Assembly: GCA_036268405.1 (NCBI GenBank)
Contig: DATAUF010000002.1
Location: 6,910 to 70,909 of the forward strand
Direction: 5' to 3'
DNA from: Mycobacteriales bacterium
Lineage (GTDB): Bacteria; Actinomycetota; Actinomycetes; JAFAQI01
DNA: 64,000 nt
Part shown: positions 1 through 8,854 of the stretch, one piece after another
Layout: each line of letters starts with the position of its first letter
Position numbering within the stretch: position 1 is the stretch's first letter
The notes under the pieces: model-generated
The model's input: the letters and a program-made list of their open reading frames with translations, nothing else
Database searches by the model: none
What the model was told of the DNA's origin: nothing
Made by a program: the position numbers and the translations under genes

Positions 1-522
1 AGGCTTCGGGCGTCGTTGTGGCGAGCACGACGATCGCCATCGGTGAGCCGCCCCCCGATCCGTTGGCCCCCTCGACTCATTCTGCAACGTCGAAGCAAAC
101 CGCGGGCAGTCAGGTGGCAAACCGTTGCCAATATCTGCCTCGAATCGATCGTCTGGTCGTGCCACCGGAACTGCTTTTGCCCGTAGGAAAGGCACCCTGC
201 CACCGCAGTGGCCACGATTCCGGTCGCCAAGATGGACGTGCGCGTCGGCGGCACCCGATTGATGGGCATGGAGGTCTCGTCACCGGGCGGTGCGCGTCGA
301 ACTCGAAGACGTCGATGGTGGAACAAGGATGGTGATGACCCACAGCGGTGTACCGGCTGACTCGCCAGGTGCTGCCGGATGGACGATGGCGCTCGACAAG
401 CTGGCGGCCCACGTCGCACGCGTGGCACGCTGACAGTCATTCCCGCCTATGCAGACGGCTGGGTGACCGATCGCATTGGCCCGCGTCGTGTCCGCATCAG
501 CGCCGCGGGATGCGATCGCTGT

Positions 523-1194
523 CTAGGGAGACCCTTGGCGCCTAGTACGGCGATGGCGCGGGGGATAGACCGCAGCGAGGACGGCGGGCAACGCCTGCAG
601 CTGCGAGCTGAACCGGCCCTGACCCCAAGCAACATTGGGTTCGTTCGCCAGTGACTGACTGATCCCGCCGCTGATCAGGGTCGACGTGAGATAGATCGCG
701 TCGTCCGAGGTGGCTCCCGGGCCTAGCTGCCCGTTGGCGACGGCATCGGCAAGCGCGCGGCGCTGGATCTGCACCATCTCGATGCTCGGAGCCATTGCCT
801 CGGGCGTCGGCTCAAATCCCGGCACCGGCCGCCAGAACATCAGCTGGGTGAGCCCTGGGTGGGCAACGCACCATCGTCCGCTTGCGTCGAGTCCGGCCAT
901 AAGCGCTGGCAGGCCCGGATCGGCGTCCGCCATCGCCGCCTGCATCACGGCCAGGTGCTCCTGCTGACCTCTCGCGAACAGCGCGTCGTAGATGGCCGCG
1001 ATCGAATCGAAGTACTTGTAGATCGAGGGGGGCTTCACACCGAGACGACGCGCGATCTCCGAAAGGCTCATGCCATTGACGCCCTCGGTGTTCATCAGAG
1101 TCTCGGCGATCGTCACGATCTCCTCGATCGTCTCCTGCCGCCGGCGGGCGCGCCGGTCCCCGGTCGCCGGCGCGGCTGCAGCGACTGATGTCAT
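523..1194 (-). CDS. TetR/AcrR family transcriptional regulator
   Basis: 223-aa track ORF; N-terminal HTH segment ETIEEIVTIAETLMNTEGVNGMSLSEIARRLGVKPPSIYKYFDS is typical of TetR_N; divergent from the SRPBCC/MBL pair. Confidence 0.9.
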   Translation of the reverse strand: MTSVAAAAPATGDRRARRRQETIEEIVTIAETLMNTEGVNGMSLSEIARRLGVKPPSIYKYFDSIAAIYDALFARGQQEHLAVMQAAMADADPGLPALMAGLDASGRWCVAHPGLTQLMFWRPVPGFEPTPEAMAPSIEMVQIQRRALADAVANGQLGPGATSDDAIYLTSTLISGGISQSLANEPNVAWGQGRFSSQLQALPAVLAAVYPPRHRRTRRQGSP

Positions 1195-1232
1195 GGAAAT
1201 GATCTTAGCAGAAATAGCGCATTGACAGCACT

Positions 1233-1249
1233 AGCTAATAGCCTTAGCT
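1233..1249. promoter_or_regulatory. Inverted repeat AGCTAA-N5-TTAGCT, candidate TetR operator
   Basis: Read directly: agctaatagccttagct. Additional TTAGC/ATAGC repeats at 1204-1220. Lies between the divergent TetR (523..1194) and the SRPBCC gene. Confidence 0.35.
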
Positions 1250-1257
1250 TTATCCGC

Positions 1258-1749
1258 ATGCCGCCACAGAACCAGCGCTTCTGGTTGACCTCTGACAGCG
1301 TTTCGCTCGACATCACTGCCGATGCTGGCGCGCTTTACGCCCTCGTCTCGGACCTGCCACGGATTGGCGAGTGGAGCCCCGAGTGCGAGCGTGTCGACTG
1401 GGACGGGGACGTGACGACGCCGGTCGAAGGAAGCGAGTTCGTCGGATACAACGCCGTCGGTCCGGGTCGTCGCATCCGCTACAAGCGCCACGGCACAGTG
1501 CTCAAGGCCGAAGCCGGCAAGGCGTTCTCCTACATCACCGATGAAGGCGGCAAGCCGTCGACGGCGTGGCACTACACGTTCGAGTCGATAGGCGGGGGCC
1601 GCACCCGCGTCACCGAGACCTACGAGGTCCGATGGATCCCCGCCTGGGCCCGGATCCTCGATGTCCCGCTCAACCGCCACAAGGAGCTGCTCGAGGGCAT
1701 GCGGACCACGCTTGAGGCGCTCAAGAACACCGCGGAGGGAGGGTCATGA
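1258..1749 (+). CDS. SRPBCC (START/polyketide cyclase-like) superfamily protein
   Basis: Track ORF 1222..1749. ATG at 1258 preferred because the TTG at 1222 lies upstream of the operator-like repeat, so using it would place the repeat inside the coding region. Segment ALYALVSDLPRIGEWSPEC resembles the SRPBCC N-terminus. ATGA overlap with the next gene. Confidence 0.7.
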   Translation: MPPQNQRFWLTSDSVSLDITADAGALYALVSDLPRIGEWSPECERVDWDGDVTTPVEGSEFVGYNAVGPGRRIRYKRHGTVLKAEAGKAFSYITDEGGKPSTAWHYTFESIGGGRTRVTETYEVRWIPAWARILDVPLNRHKELLEGMRTTLEALKNTAEGGS

Positions 1750-2558
1750 CCACCGCATTCACCGCCATTCCTGGCATCGACGTGATCACGCGCACTGCGG
1801 ACATTCCGATGCTTGGCTCCCTCGCGGTCAACGCGTTCGTGCTCCACGGCGAGGAGCCGATCCTCGTCGACACCGGGACGGTCGCCGGCAGCGACGAGTT
1901 CATGGACGTTCTCGAGACGGTGATCAACCCGGCCGCCATCCGATGGATCTGGCTGACCCATACCGACTTCGACCACATCGGGTCGCTGGCACGATTGCTC
2001 GACACGAACCCGAACCTGCGAGTGCTGACGTCGTTCCTTGGCGTCGGCATCATGGGACTGTCCTCATCGCCGCTCCCGATGGACCGGGTTCATCTCATCA
2101 ACGTCGGCCAGACCATGACCACGGGAGATGGCCGCAAGCTGACGGCGATCAGGCCACCGACGTACGACAACCCGATCACGGCGGGATTCGTCGATGACCG
2201 TACCGGGGTCCTCTTCAGCTCCGACTGCTTCGGCGGGCTGCTGCCGGAGGTTCCGCAGAACGCCGCGGACCTCGACATCGGGACACTGCAAGCCGGTCAG
2301 GTGCGCTGGGCGACAATCGACTCGTCGTGGGTGCACGACGTCGACACTCAAGTCTTCGGGCGTGCGCTCGCAGCGACTCAGGCGATTGAGCCGACGATGG
2401 TGTGCAGCAGCCACCTGCCGCCAGCTCCGGGCGACATGCTGAGGGTGTTTGTGGACTCGCTCAGCCAGGTGCCGAGCGCCGACCGTTTCCAGGGCCCGGA
2501 CCAGGCAGCGCTCGAGATGATGATCGCAGGGATGGCCGCGGTCCCAGCGGGCGTATAG
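1746..2558 (+). CDS. MBL-fold metallo-hydrolase
   Basis: 270 aa; metal-binding motif variant WLTHTDFDHIG; GGAGGG upstream; ATGA coupling to the SRPBCC gene. Confidence 0.85.
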   Translation: MTTAFTAIPGIDVITRTADIPMLGSLAVNAFVLHGEEPILVDTGTVAGSDEFMDVLETVINPAAIRWIWLTHTDFDHIGSLARLLDTNPNLRVLTSFLGVGIMGLSSSPLPMDRVHLINVGQTMTTGDGRKLTAIRPPTYDNPITAGFVDDRTGVLFSSDCFGGLLPEVPQNAADLDIGTLQAGQVRWATIDSSWVHDVDTQVFGRALAATQAIEPTMVCSSHLPPAPGDMLRVFVDSLSQVPSADRFQGPDQAALEMMIAGMAAVPAGV

Positions 2559-2564
2559 CCGTTG

Positions 2565-2880
2565 CGGCGACGCGGAAGGCGGACGCTGATGTCGAGCCCG
2601 CCAGTGCCGTTGGCGATCGCCGCGACCGTACCGCCGTCGACGGCGGCGATCGAGGACACGAGGGCCAGACGGGACGTGTCTTGGTCCGCGCTTGTCGAGA
2701 TCATGATGCTGCCGTCGGGGATGTTGTACCGCTCGGCGTTGTCGATCAGGTTGGCAGCGAGCCGTCCGAGCAGCACGGCGTCACCGGTAACGGGCGCTTC
2801 GCCAAGTTTGGTGATGACCGTCAGGCCGCTGCCGACGCGTTCCTCGAGGGCTCGAGCGAGAACGGAGCCGGCCGTGAACC
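2565..2880 (-). pseudogene. Remnant of sensor histidine kinase ATPase domain (3' fragment, internally deleted)
   Basis: Minus-frame translation (ORF 2378..3046) reads APVTGDAVLLGRLAANLIDNAERYN (N-box), then jumps to SSIAAVDGGTVAAIANGTGGLDISVRLP (HK C-terminus). No HisKA/H-box, TM or G1/G2 boxes. Occupies the gap between two well-supported plus-strand genes. Confidence 0.4.
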
Positions 2881-2987
2881 GCCGTATGGCGAGGTACGTC
2901 GAAGCCGCGCTCGCCGCCGTCGGGCCTCGGGCTCGCTCGTCGCACCACCGAGCTGCACATCGAGTTCGCTCCAGTAGAGTCCGCCGG

Positions 2988-3731
2988 ATGAGCCGGGTCG
3001 CAGTCGTGACCGGCGCCGCATCCGGGATCGGGCTCGGCGTGGCCAAGCAGTTCGTCGCCGATGGCTATCAGGTCGCGCTGCTCGATCTCAACGCCGACGC
3101 CGTCGACGCTGCCACAGCCGAGCTGACGGGTGGCGGCGCGCGGGCCATCGGGGTAGCGGCCGACGTGACGGACCGTGCCGCCGTACGGGCCGGCTACGAA
3201 CGCGTCCGCTCCGAGCTCGGACCGATCGAGATCCTCGTCACCAGCGCCGGAGTCGAATCCTTCAAACCGGTCCTGGAGATCACCGATGACAACTGGGACA
3301 AGCTCATCGCGGTCAACCTGACGGGCACTTTCACCTGTATCCACGCGGCGCTTCCCGACATGATCGCGGCGCACTGGGGCCGGATCGTGACGATCTCCTC
3401 GCAGAGCGCACAGTCGGGCGCCCCGAACATGGCGCACTACTCCGCCTCCAAGGGAGGCGTCATCGCCCTCACCAAGTCGCTCGCCGTCGAGCTCGCCCGG
3501 CAGAACATCACCGTCAACACCGTCTCCCCGAGCCTCGTCGACACACCGATGGCACGCAAGGCTGAAGCCGACGGCGACTTTCCCGGGGTCGACGTCGTGG
3601 GGCCCATGGTCCCGCTCGGGCGTGCCGGCACGCCCGCCGACATCGCGGCGGCCTGCTCATACCTGTGCGCCGAGACCGGCAGCTACATCACCGGCCAGCT
3701 GCTCGGCGTGAACGGCGGCATGTACATCTGA
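2988..3731 (+). CDS. SDR family oxidoreductase (3-oxoacyl reductase-like)
   Basis: ATG at 2988 inside long ORF 2562..3731; VAVVTGAASGIG cofactor motif, NLTG, YSASKGG catalytic motif. Confidence 0.92.
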   Translation: MSRVAVVTGAASGIGLGVAKQFVADGYQVALLDLNADAVDAATAELTGGGARAIGVAADVTDRAAVRAGYERVRSELGPIEILVTSAGVESFKPVLEITDDNWDKLIAVNLTGTFTCIHAALPDMIAAHWGRIVTISSQSAQSGAPNMAHYSASKGGVIALTKSLAVELARQNITVNTVSPSLVDTPMARKAEADGDFPGVDVVGPMVPLGRAGTPADIAAACSYLCAETGSYITGQLLGVNGGMYI

Positions 3732-3791
3732 GCGAGGGAACAACCATCGACGCCGACCGCGACGTCTGAGTGCGCGCCTCCTTACCTGTCG

Positions 3792-6167
3792 TCAAACAAC
3801 GGCGTCGAGAGCGTCCACGTCGATCGTCGTGCTCGACGATGCTGAGACCTTGCGGCCCAGATAGCGGAAGGTGAAGGTACGGCTGGCGAGGCTCGAGGCC
3901 AGCGAGCCATAGATCGGGATGGTCTCGACGTGTGTTGTCGAGCTGTAGAGGTCGATGGTCCTGAGCCGGGTCCCGGCACGATCGACCGCGAGCTTCCCGC
4001 GGTTCGGACCGACCTCGACGACGAGGTAGTAAATGCGACCGGTCGCCGTCGCCTTCGCGTAGGCACCGGGTGAGCCGGTGACGTCGATCGAGCCGCTGAT
4101 CGCCGCTGAGCTGACCTCTCGTTGCCACTTGCCATGTGTGACGAACTGCCTGTCATCGAGGGGTACGACGGCGGCGACGGTTTGGACGGTCGATGCTGTT
4201 CCCGCGGTGTCCACGGCCTCGGCGTAGAGCGCGTAGGTCGCACCGGCCTTGCCGGTGAAGGAATACGAGCCGGCTGCCGCGGCCGTGGTGGACCGATGGA
4301 CGACGCTCCCGGTCCCGGCGCGGACGATGGCGACAGCGACGGATTTCACGGCTGCGCCGCCGACCCCCTTGTCGGCGGACCATGTCGCGGTTACTTGTCG
4401 CGGGCTCGTCCTGCTGTGCGCATGGGTGAGGGACATGGCGGCTGTCAGCGTCGGCGCGACATCTGTGGCGTCCGATCCGAGCTGGCCGGCGATGGCCGGC
4501 CAAAGCGCGGCACCGAGGCCGCTGACCGTGTCGTAGCCGGACTGCGCGCCCACCGACGGGTCGGCGGACGCGGCTCCACTCGCTCCGTTGGTGCCGATGG
4601 TGATATCGCGGAAGGCGCCATCGTCCAGCGAGCTCGCCTCGTAGAGGAGGTCCTGGATGTCTCCGACGCCGGCTGTCGCGCCGCGGGCGGCGAGGGCATT
4701 GGTGAACAGCGCCGCACTGACGGGCGTCGCGAGGCTGGTGCCGCCGATCGCGAAGCTGGTTCCGTACTTTCGGCTGTCGGTCGGGTCGCTCGTGTAGATC
4801 TCGAAGCCGGTGGCCGGATCGCCGTCGGCGCTGATGTCGGGGACCAGCCGCTGCGTCGAGTCGGCGAACGGCGAGTCCGCGATGGCCGACTGGTAGCTCG
4901 GTGCGCTGAACACCGACGATGCGCCGCCTCCGCTGCCGCCGTTGGCCGCGCAGCTTGACGCCGACGTGCAGCTCCAGGCCTGCTCGCTCCAGTTGCCTCC
5001 GTCGTTCGGCGCCGGCGACCCGGTGGAGGTGAGCGTCGTTCCTCCGACCCCGACCACCTCAGGAGATGAGGCGGGGTAGTCCACCCCCGTCGAGTCGTTG
5101 TCGCAGTCGTAGACGCCCTGGTCGCCGGAAGAGGCGAAGACGGTCACGCCGGCAGCGACCAATGACGCCATGATCGGCTCGAGGGTGTTCTTGATGACGC
5201 TGGCGCCGGTATCTGCCTCACACTCTCCCCAGGTCACGGACAGCGCGGTGATGGCGCTGTCTCCGCCGGCGTACGCGTCGCCGTTCTGCAAAACGTCGTC
5301 GAGCACCTGGCTGAGCGCGTCGGCGTATCCGGCGGCGGTGTTGGGGGCGAAGTACGGCCGCTGGTGGGCGTAGGGATCAGTTGCCAGGATCGACTCCTGG
5401 TCGAGATCGACCTCCACGTCGCCGTCGTCCCTGGACGACGGCGAGGGCACGCTCTGCTGGTCGACCGGGACCGTGGTCACGTCGTTCGCCGCGTTGAAGC
5501 TGGTATCGCCGGTCTCGCTGGCGTAGTTCGTGAGATCGCTCTCGTTCCAGCCCGCAAGCTGGATCGTCGCGATGGTGAGCGTGCCAGCGGCGTCCTTGCC
5601 GCTGTCGGGACTCTCACCGGCCGCGGTCGACGCGGATGACGTGTACGCGTCGCGGAGCTCCTCGCCGTCCAACGTCGATGCGTTGTTCTGGAACGTCGCC
5701 GGCCCAGTGCTGGTCGGATACGCGACCGTCGCTACCGACCGAAGGTCGCCGGGCAGCTGCGGATAGGAGCCGGTTGACGCACGACGCTGGGCGCTGGTCG
5801 GATCAGAGGGCAGGGTCGGTCGCGAACCGAATCGGCTGGCGACGACGCCGGGCGTCGCACTGGCTGTGACCGACCACGCGGTCTGCGACGTGACAGATAG
5901 GCCGTCAGCGACGAGATCACTAGTTGCCGTGTCGCGCTCCGCTGCTGTCGGCAGAAGCTTCTCGACTGCTGCCACGCGCTGGGCATGGGTGAGGCCGCGT
6001 TTGGCCGCAAGATCGGCCAACGCGGTCGTGTCCGGAGCCTTGAGAAAGACGGTGACACTGATCTGTGGGGCCGCCTGTGCAGATGAGGCGCCGGTCACGG
6101 CTCCTCCGATGGTCAGCAGGGCGGCGGCGCCGAACGCCGTACCCCGGCGCAACCTTCGGTCACCCAT
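3792..6167 (-). CDS. Secreted S53 (sedolisin/kumamolisin-like) serine peptidase with C-terminal beta-sandwich domains
   Basis: Signal peptide MGDRRLRRGTAFGAAALLTIGGAVTGASSAQA; pro-domain; EVDLDQESI acid residues; GGTSLATP serine motif; about 250-aa C-terminal extension. Start is ATG 6167 (alternative GTG 6188). Confidence 0.82.
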   Translation of the reverse strand: MGDRRLRRGTAFGAAALLTIGGAVTGASSAQAAPQISVTVFLKAPDTTALADLAAKRGLTHAQRVAAVEKLLPTAAERDTATSDLVADGLSVTSQTAWSVTASATPGVVASRFGSRPTLPSDPTSAQRRASTGSYPQLPGDLRSVATVAYPTSTGPATFQNNASTLDGEELRDAYTSSASTAAGESPDSGKDAAGTLTIATIQLAGWNESDLTNYASETGDTSFNAANDVTTVPVDQQSVPSPSSRDDGDVEVDLDQESILATDPYAHQRPYFAPNTAAGYADALSQVLDDVLQNGDAYAGGDSAITALSVTWGECEADTGASVIKNTLEPIMASLVAAGVTVFASSGDQGVYDCDNDSTGVDYPASSPEVVGVGGTTLTSTGSPAPNDGGNWSEQAWSCTSASSCAANGGSGGGASSVFSAPSYQSAIADSPFADSTQRLVPDISADGDPATGFEIYTSDPTDSRKYGTSFAIGGTSLATPVSAALFTNALAARGATAGVGDIQDLLYEASSLDDGAFRDITIGTNGASGAASADPSVGAQSGYDTVSGLGAALWPAIAGQLGSDATDVAPTLTAAMSLTHAHSRTSPRQVTATWSADKGVGGAAVKSVAVAIVRAGTGSVVHRSTTAAAAGSYSFTGKAGATYALYAEAVDTAGTASTVQTVAAVVPLDDRQFVTHGKWQREVSSAAISGSIDVTGSPGAYAKATATGRIYYLVVEVGPNRGKLAVDRAGTRLRTIDLYSSTTHVETIPIYGSLASSLASRTFTFRYLGRKVSASSSTTIDVDALDAVV

Positions 6168-6478
6168 TCCTTCGATTGCCGACGTCACGGCTAGCGAGCA
6201 GTCGGCAGGTTGAGAGTGAGGCGTTCCGGCATCGGACGTCTGCTCCTTCGCTTGGTCATCGCAGGTCGCGGCAAGCGTGGGCGAGCTCTCTGAAGCGATG
6301 ATGTGCCGGGCCTGTGGACTTCCTGTATGGAGCGAAGAAGTGTGGTGAGTGCGTGCGCTCTGGCCCAATCCAAGCGCGGGCGGGCGGGAGTGACAGCCTT
6401 ACGGGTAGTCCGACTCAGCCCACCAGGAGACTATCGCTCTCGGCAAGAGCTTCGGTGGTGAGAAGAAAGGTGTGCGAG

Positions 6479-7381
6479 ATGGGGATCTGCGACGGTCGGA
6501 TCGTGGTCGTCACGGGGGCCGGAAACGGCATCGGGCGCGAGCACGCCCTGCTGTTCGGCCGAGAAGGCGCCAAGGTGGTGGTCAACGATCTGGGCGGAGC
6601 GCGCGACGGAGCCGGAAGCGATGCGGGTGCCGCGCAGGCCGTCGTCGACCAGATCACCGACGAGGGTGGTGTAGCCGTCGCCAACACCAGCAATGTGGCG
6701 ACTCACGATGGCTCGAAAGCGATGATCGACCAGGCCGTGGAGACGTTCGGCGACCTTCACGCGGTCGTCAACAACGCCGGCATTCTTCGCGACCGCATGC
6801 TCGTGAACATGACCGAAGACGAGTGGGACGCGGTCATCGCGGTTCACCTCAAGGGGACGTACGGCGTCATGCATCACGCCGCCGCGTACTGGCGCGACCA
6901 GTCCAAGGCGGGCAAGCCGGTCGACGCCCGCATCATCAACACCTCGTCGGCTTCCGGAGTGTTCGGCAACGTCGGCCAGTCGAACTACGGAGCCGCGAAG
7001 GCGGGAATCGCGGCAATGACGATCATCGCCGCCGCCGAGCTCGCCCGCTACGGCGTGACCGTGAACGCCATCTCGCCGACCGCGCTCACGCGTATGACCG
7101 AGGACCTAGATCGGTTCAAGCAAGAGGACGCCGCGCAGGAGCTGCCGCCGGCCGCCATCTCGCCGCTCGTGGTCTGGCTCGCCAGCGCGGAGTCAGCTGG
7201 CACCACCGGTCGGGTCTTCGGAGTGCGGGGCGGCCGCATCACTGTTTTCGAGGGATGGGTGAACGGTCCATTCGCCGAGACGTCGGGAATCTGGAGTGCC
7301 GGCGAGCTCTCCGAGGTGATTCCGGGCCTCGTCGCCGAGGCAGCGGGCAACGCGGCGATGGACGGCGTCAGGCGGACATAG
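6479..7381 (+). CDS. SDR family oxidoreductase
   Basis: ATG 6479 preceded by GAAAGG; VVVTGAGNGIGRE, NNAGI, NYGAAKAG motifs. Confidence 0.9.
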   Translation: MGICDGRIVVVTGAGNGIGREHALLFGREGAKVVVNDLGGARDGAGSDAGAAQAVVDQITDEGGVAVANTSNVATHDGSKAMIDQAVETFGDLHAVVNNAGILRDRMLVNMTEDEWDAVIAVHLKGTYGVMHHAAAYWRDQSKAGKPVDARIINTSSASGVFGNVGQSNYGAAKAGIAAMTIIAAAELARYGVTVNAISPTALTRMTEDLDRFKQEDAAQELPPAAISPLVVWLASAESAGTTGRVFGVRGGRITVFEGWVNGPFAETSGIWSAGELSEVIPGLVAEAAGNAAMDGVRRT

Positions 7382-7441
7382 CCGGAGGCCGGTTTACTCC
7401 GTTCGATCGTGGCAGCGCTGGTGGACACCATTCCCTCGGCT

Positions 7442-7636
7442 TCAGTCAGTGACCAAGCTGAGCGCGAAGGTCGGGCAGGCTGCAACGGCGTCTTCGATGA
7501 GCCGACGTTGGTCGTCGTTCACGTTCTCATCGAGCAGCATCACGATGCCGTCGTCGTTGACCTCGAAATGATCGGGGGCAAGCGACTCGCAGATTCCCAG
7601 TCCGGAGCACTTCGTCCGGTCCACCACGATCCTCAT
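7442..7636 (-). CDS. Small ferredoxin (single-cluster, 3Fe-4S/4Fe-4S type; P450 partner type)
   Basis: 64 aa, CSGLGICESLAP ... ACP cysteine pattern. Confidence 0.85.
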   Translation of the reverse strand: MRIVVDRTKCSGLGICESLAPDHFEVNDDGIVMLLDENVNDDQRRLIEDAVAACPTFALSLVTD

Positions 7637-7637
7637 G

Positions 7638-7656
7638 GTTTTTACTTTAGATTCAA
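7638..7656 (-). promoter_or_regulatory. AT-rich 19-nt element, copy D (TTGAATCTAAAGTAAAAAC)
   Basis: Reverse complement of gtttttactttagattcaa; ends 1 nt before the ferredoxin ATG (7636). Confidence 0.45.
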
Positions 7657-7669
7657 TAACGGCCCCGGG

Positions 7670-8854
7670 TCAAGCACCGACGATCGAGACGAACGACACA
7701 CAGCTGCCAGGTCGGCCGCCGAGGTTGTGGGTCATCGCCAGCCGCGGGTTGCTCAGCTGGCGCTCACCGGCCTCGCCGCGGAACTGTAGCCAGCACTCGT
7801 AGAGCATCCGGAGTCCACTCGCGCCCACCGGATGGCCGAAGGACTTCAGTCCGCCGTCGGGGTTGATCGGGAGTCGGCCATCGAGCTCGAAGTCGCCCGC
7901 GAGGATGTCCTTCCATGCCTGTCCTCGCTCGCTGAAGCCCATGTCCTCCATCAACACCAGCTCGGTCGGGGTGAAGCAGTCGTGCACCTCGGCGAAGGAC
8001 ACCTGCGATCGCGGGTCGGTGATTCCTGCCTGCTGATACGCGTCCCGGGCGGAGCGGACTACCTCAGGAAACGTCGTGAAGTCGTAGTCCGGGTCCACCG
8101 CACCTGCTCCTGGGCCGGCGACGAACGACAGCCCCTTCACGTACATGGGGCGCTCGGTGTAGTCCAGCGCGTCCTCGGCGCGGACGATCAGCGCGCATGC
8201 GGCGCCGTCGGATACCCCGGAGCAGTCGAAGACGCCGAGCCGGCCGGCGACCTTCGGAGCGTTCTCGATCTTCTCCTTCGTGACGACCGACCGGAACTGC
8301 GCCTTCGGATTGCGCGCGCCGTTGTAGTGGTTCTTCCAGGCGATATGCGTCATCGCTTCGCGCATCTGCTCCGGGTCCACGCCGTATTTCGCGCAGTACG
8401 CCGGGTCGAGCATCGAGAAGGCGGCGGGAGCCGTGACCGACAGCTCGGCGGCGGTGCCGTCGCCGGGCGGGTCACCGCGCAGCAAACCTGAGAACCCGGA
8501 GTCCTTCAGCTTCTCGACCCCGACCGCCATCACTCGGTCGTAGGCGCCGGAGGCCACGGCGTAGCACGCGTTGCGAAAGGCCTCAGATCCGGAGGCGCAG
8601 TAGTTCTCGACGCGTGTCACCGGTTTGTAGTCCAGTGCCAGGGCCTTGCTCAAGGTCAGCCCTGACTGGCCGGAGCCCAGGGTGCCGAGCCAGTAGGCGT
8701 CGACATCCACGCGGGGCAACGACGGTGTCGCGTCGAAGCACTCGCTCGTGGCATCGAGCAGCAGGTCCGTGACCGACTTCTCCCAGTGCTCGCCGAACGC
8801 GGTGCAGCCCATGCCGACGATGGCGACCCGGTCCGCGATCCCATTGCTTGCCAT
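7670..8854 (-). CDS. SCPx-type thiolase / lipid-transfer protein (Ltp-like)
   Basis: 394 aa; VAIVGMGCTAFG N-terminus; nucleophile motif ENYCASGSEA; 1-nt TGATG overlap with the upstream gene. Confidence 0.88.
   Translation of the reverse strand: MASNGIADRVAIVGMGCTAFGEHWEKSVTDLLLDATSECFDATPSLPRVDVDAYWLGTLGSGQSGLTLSKALALDYKPVTRVENYCASGSEAFRNACYAVASGAYDRVMAVGVEKLKDSGFSGLLRGDPPGDGTAAELSVTAPAAFSMLDPAYCAKYGVDPEQMREAMTHIAWKNHYNGARNPKAQFRSVVTKEKIENAPKVAGRLGVFDCSGVSDGAACALIVRAEDALDYTERPMYVKGLSFVAGPGAGAVDPDYDFTTFPEVVRSARDAYQQAGITDPRSQVSFAEVHDCFTPTELVLMEDMGFSERGQAWKDILAGDFELDGRLPINPDGGLKSFGHPVGASGLRMLYECWLQFRGEAGERQLSNPRLAMTHNLGGRPGSCVSFVSIVGA

Noticed and set aside
1-522. Left-edge ORFs (18..335 +, 110..412 -, 379..654 +) and an unlisted minus-frame ORF from ATG about 270 running off the edge (MPINRVPPTRTSILATGIVATAVAGCLSYG...)
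   Set aside because: None has a recognizable motif and codon third-position GC is only moderate. Frames seem to trade coding-like character, which may indicate a decayed or edge-truncated gene. I could not support any single call.
6472-7452. 326-aa plus-strand ORF, extremely Arg-rich, overlapping SDR 6479..7381 in a shifted frame
   Set aside because: It is an off-frame reading of the SDR gene, with no plausible fold.
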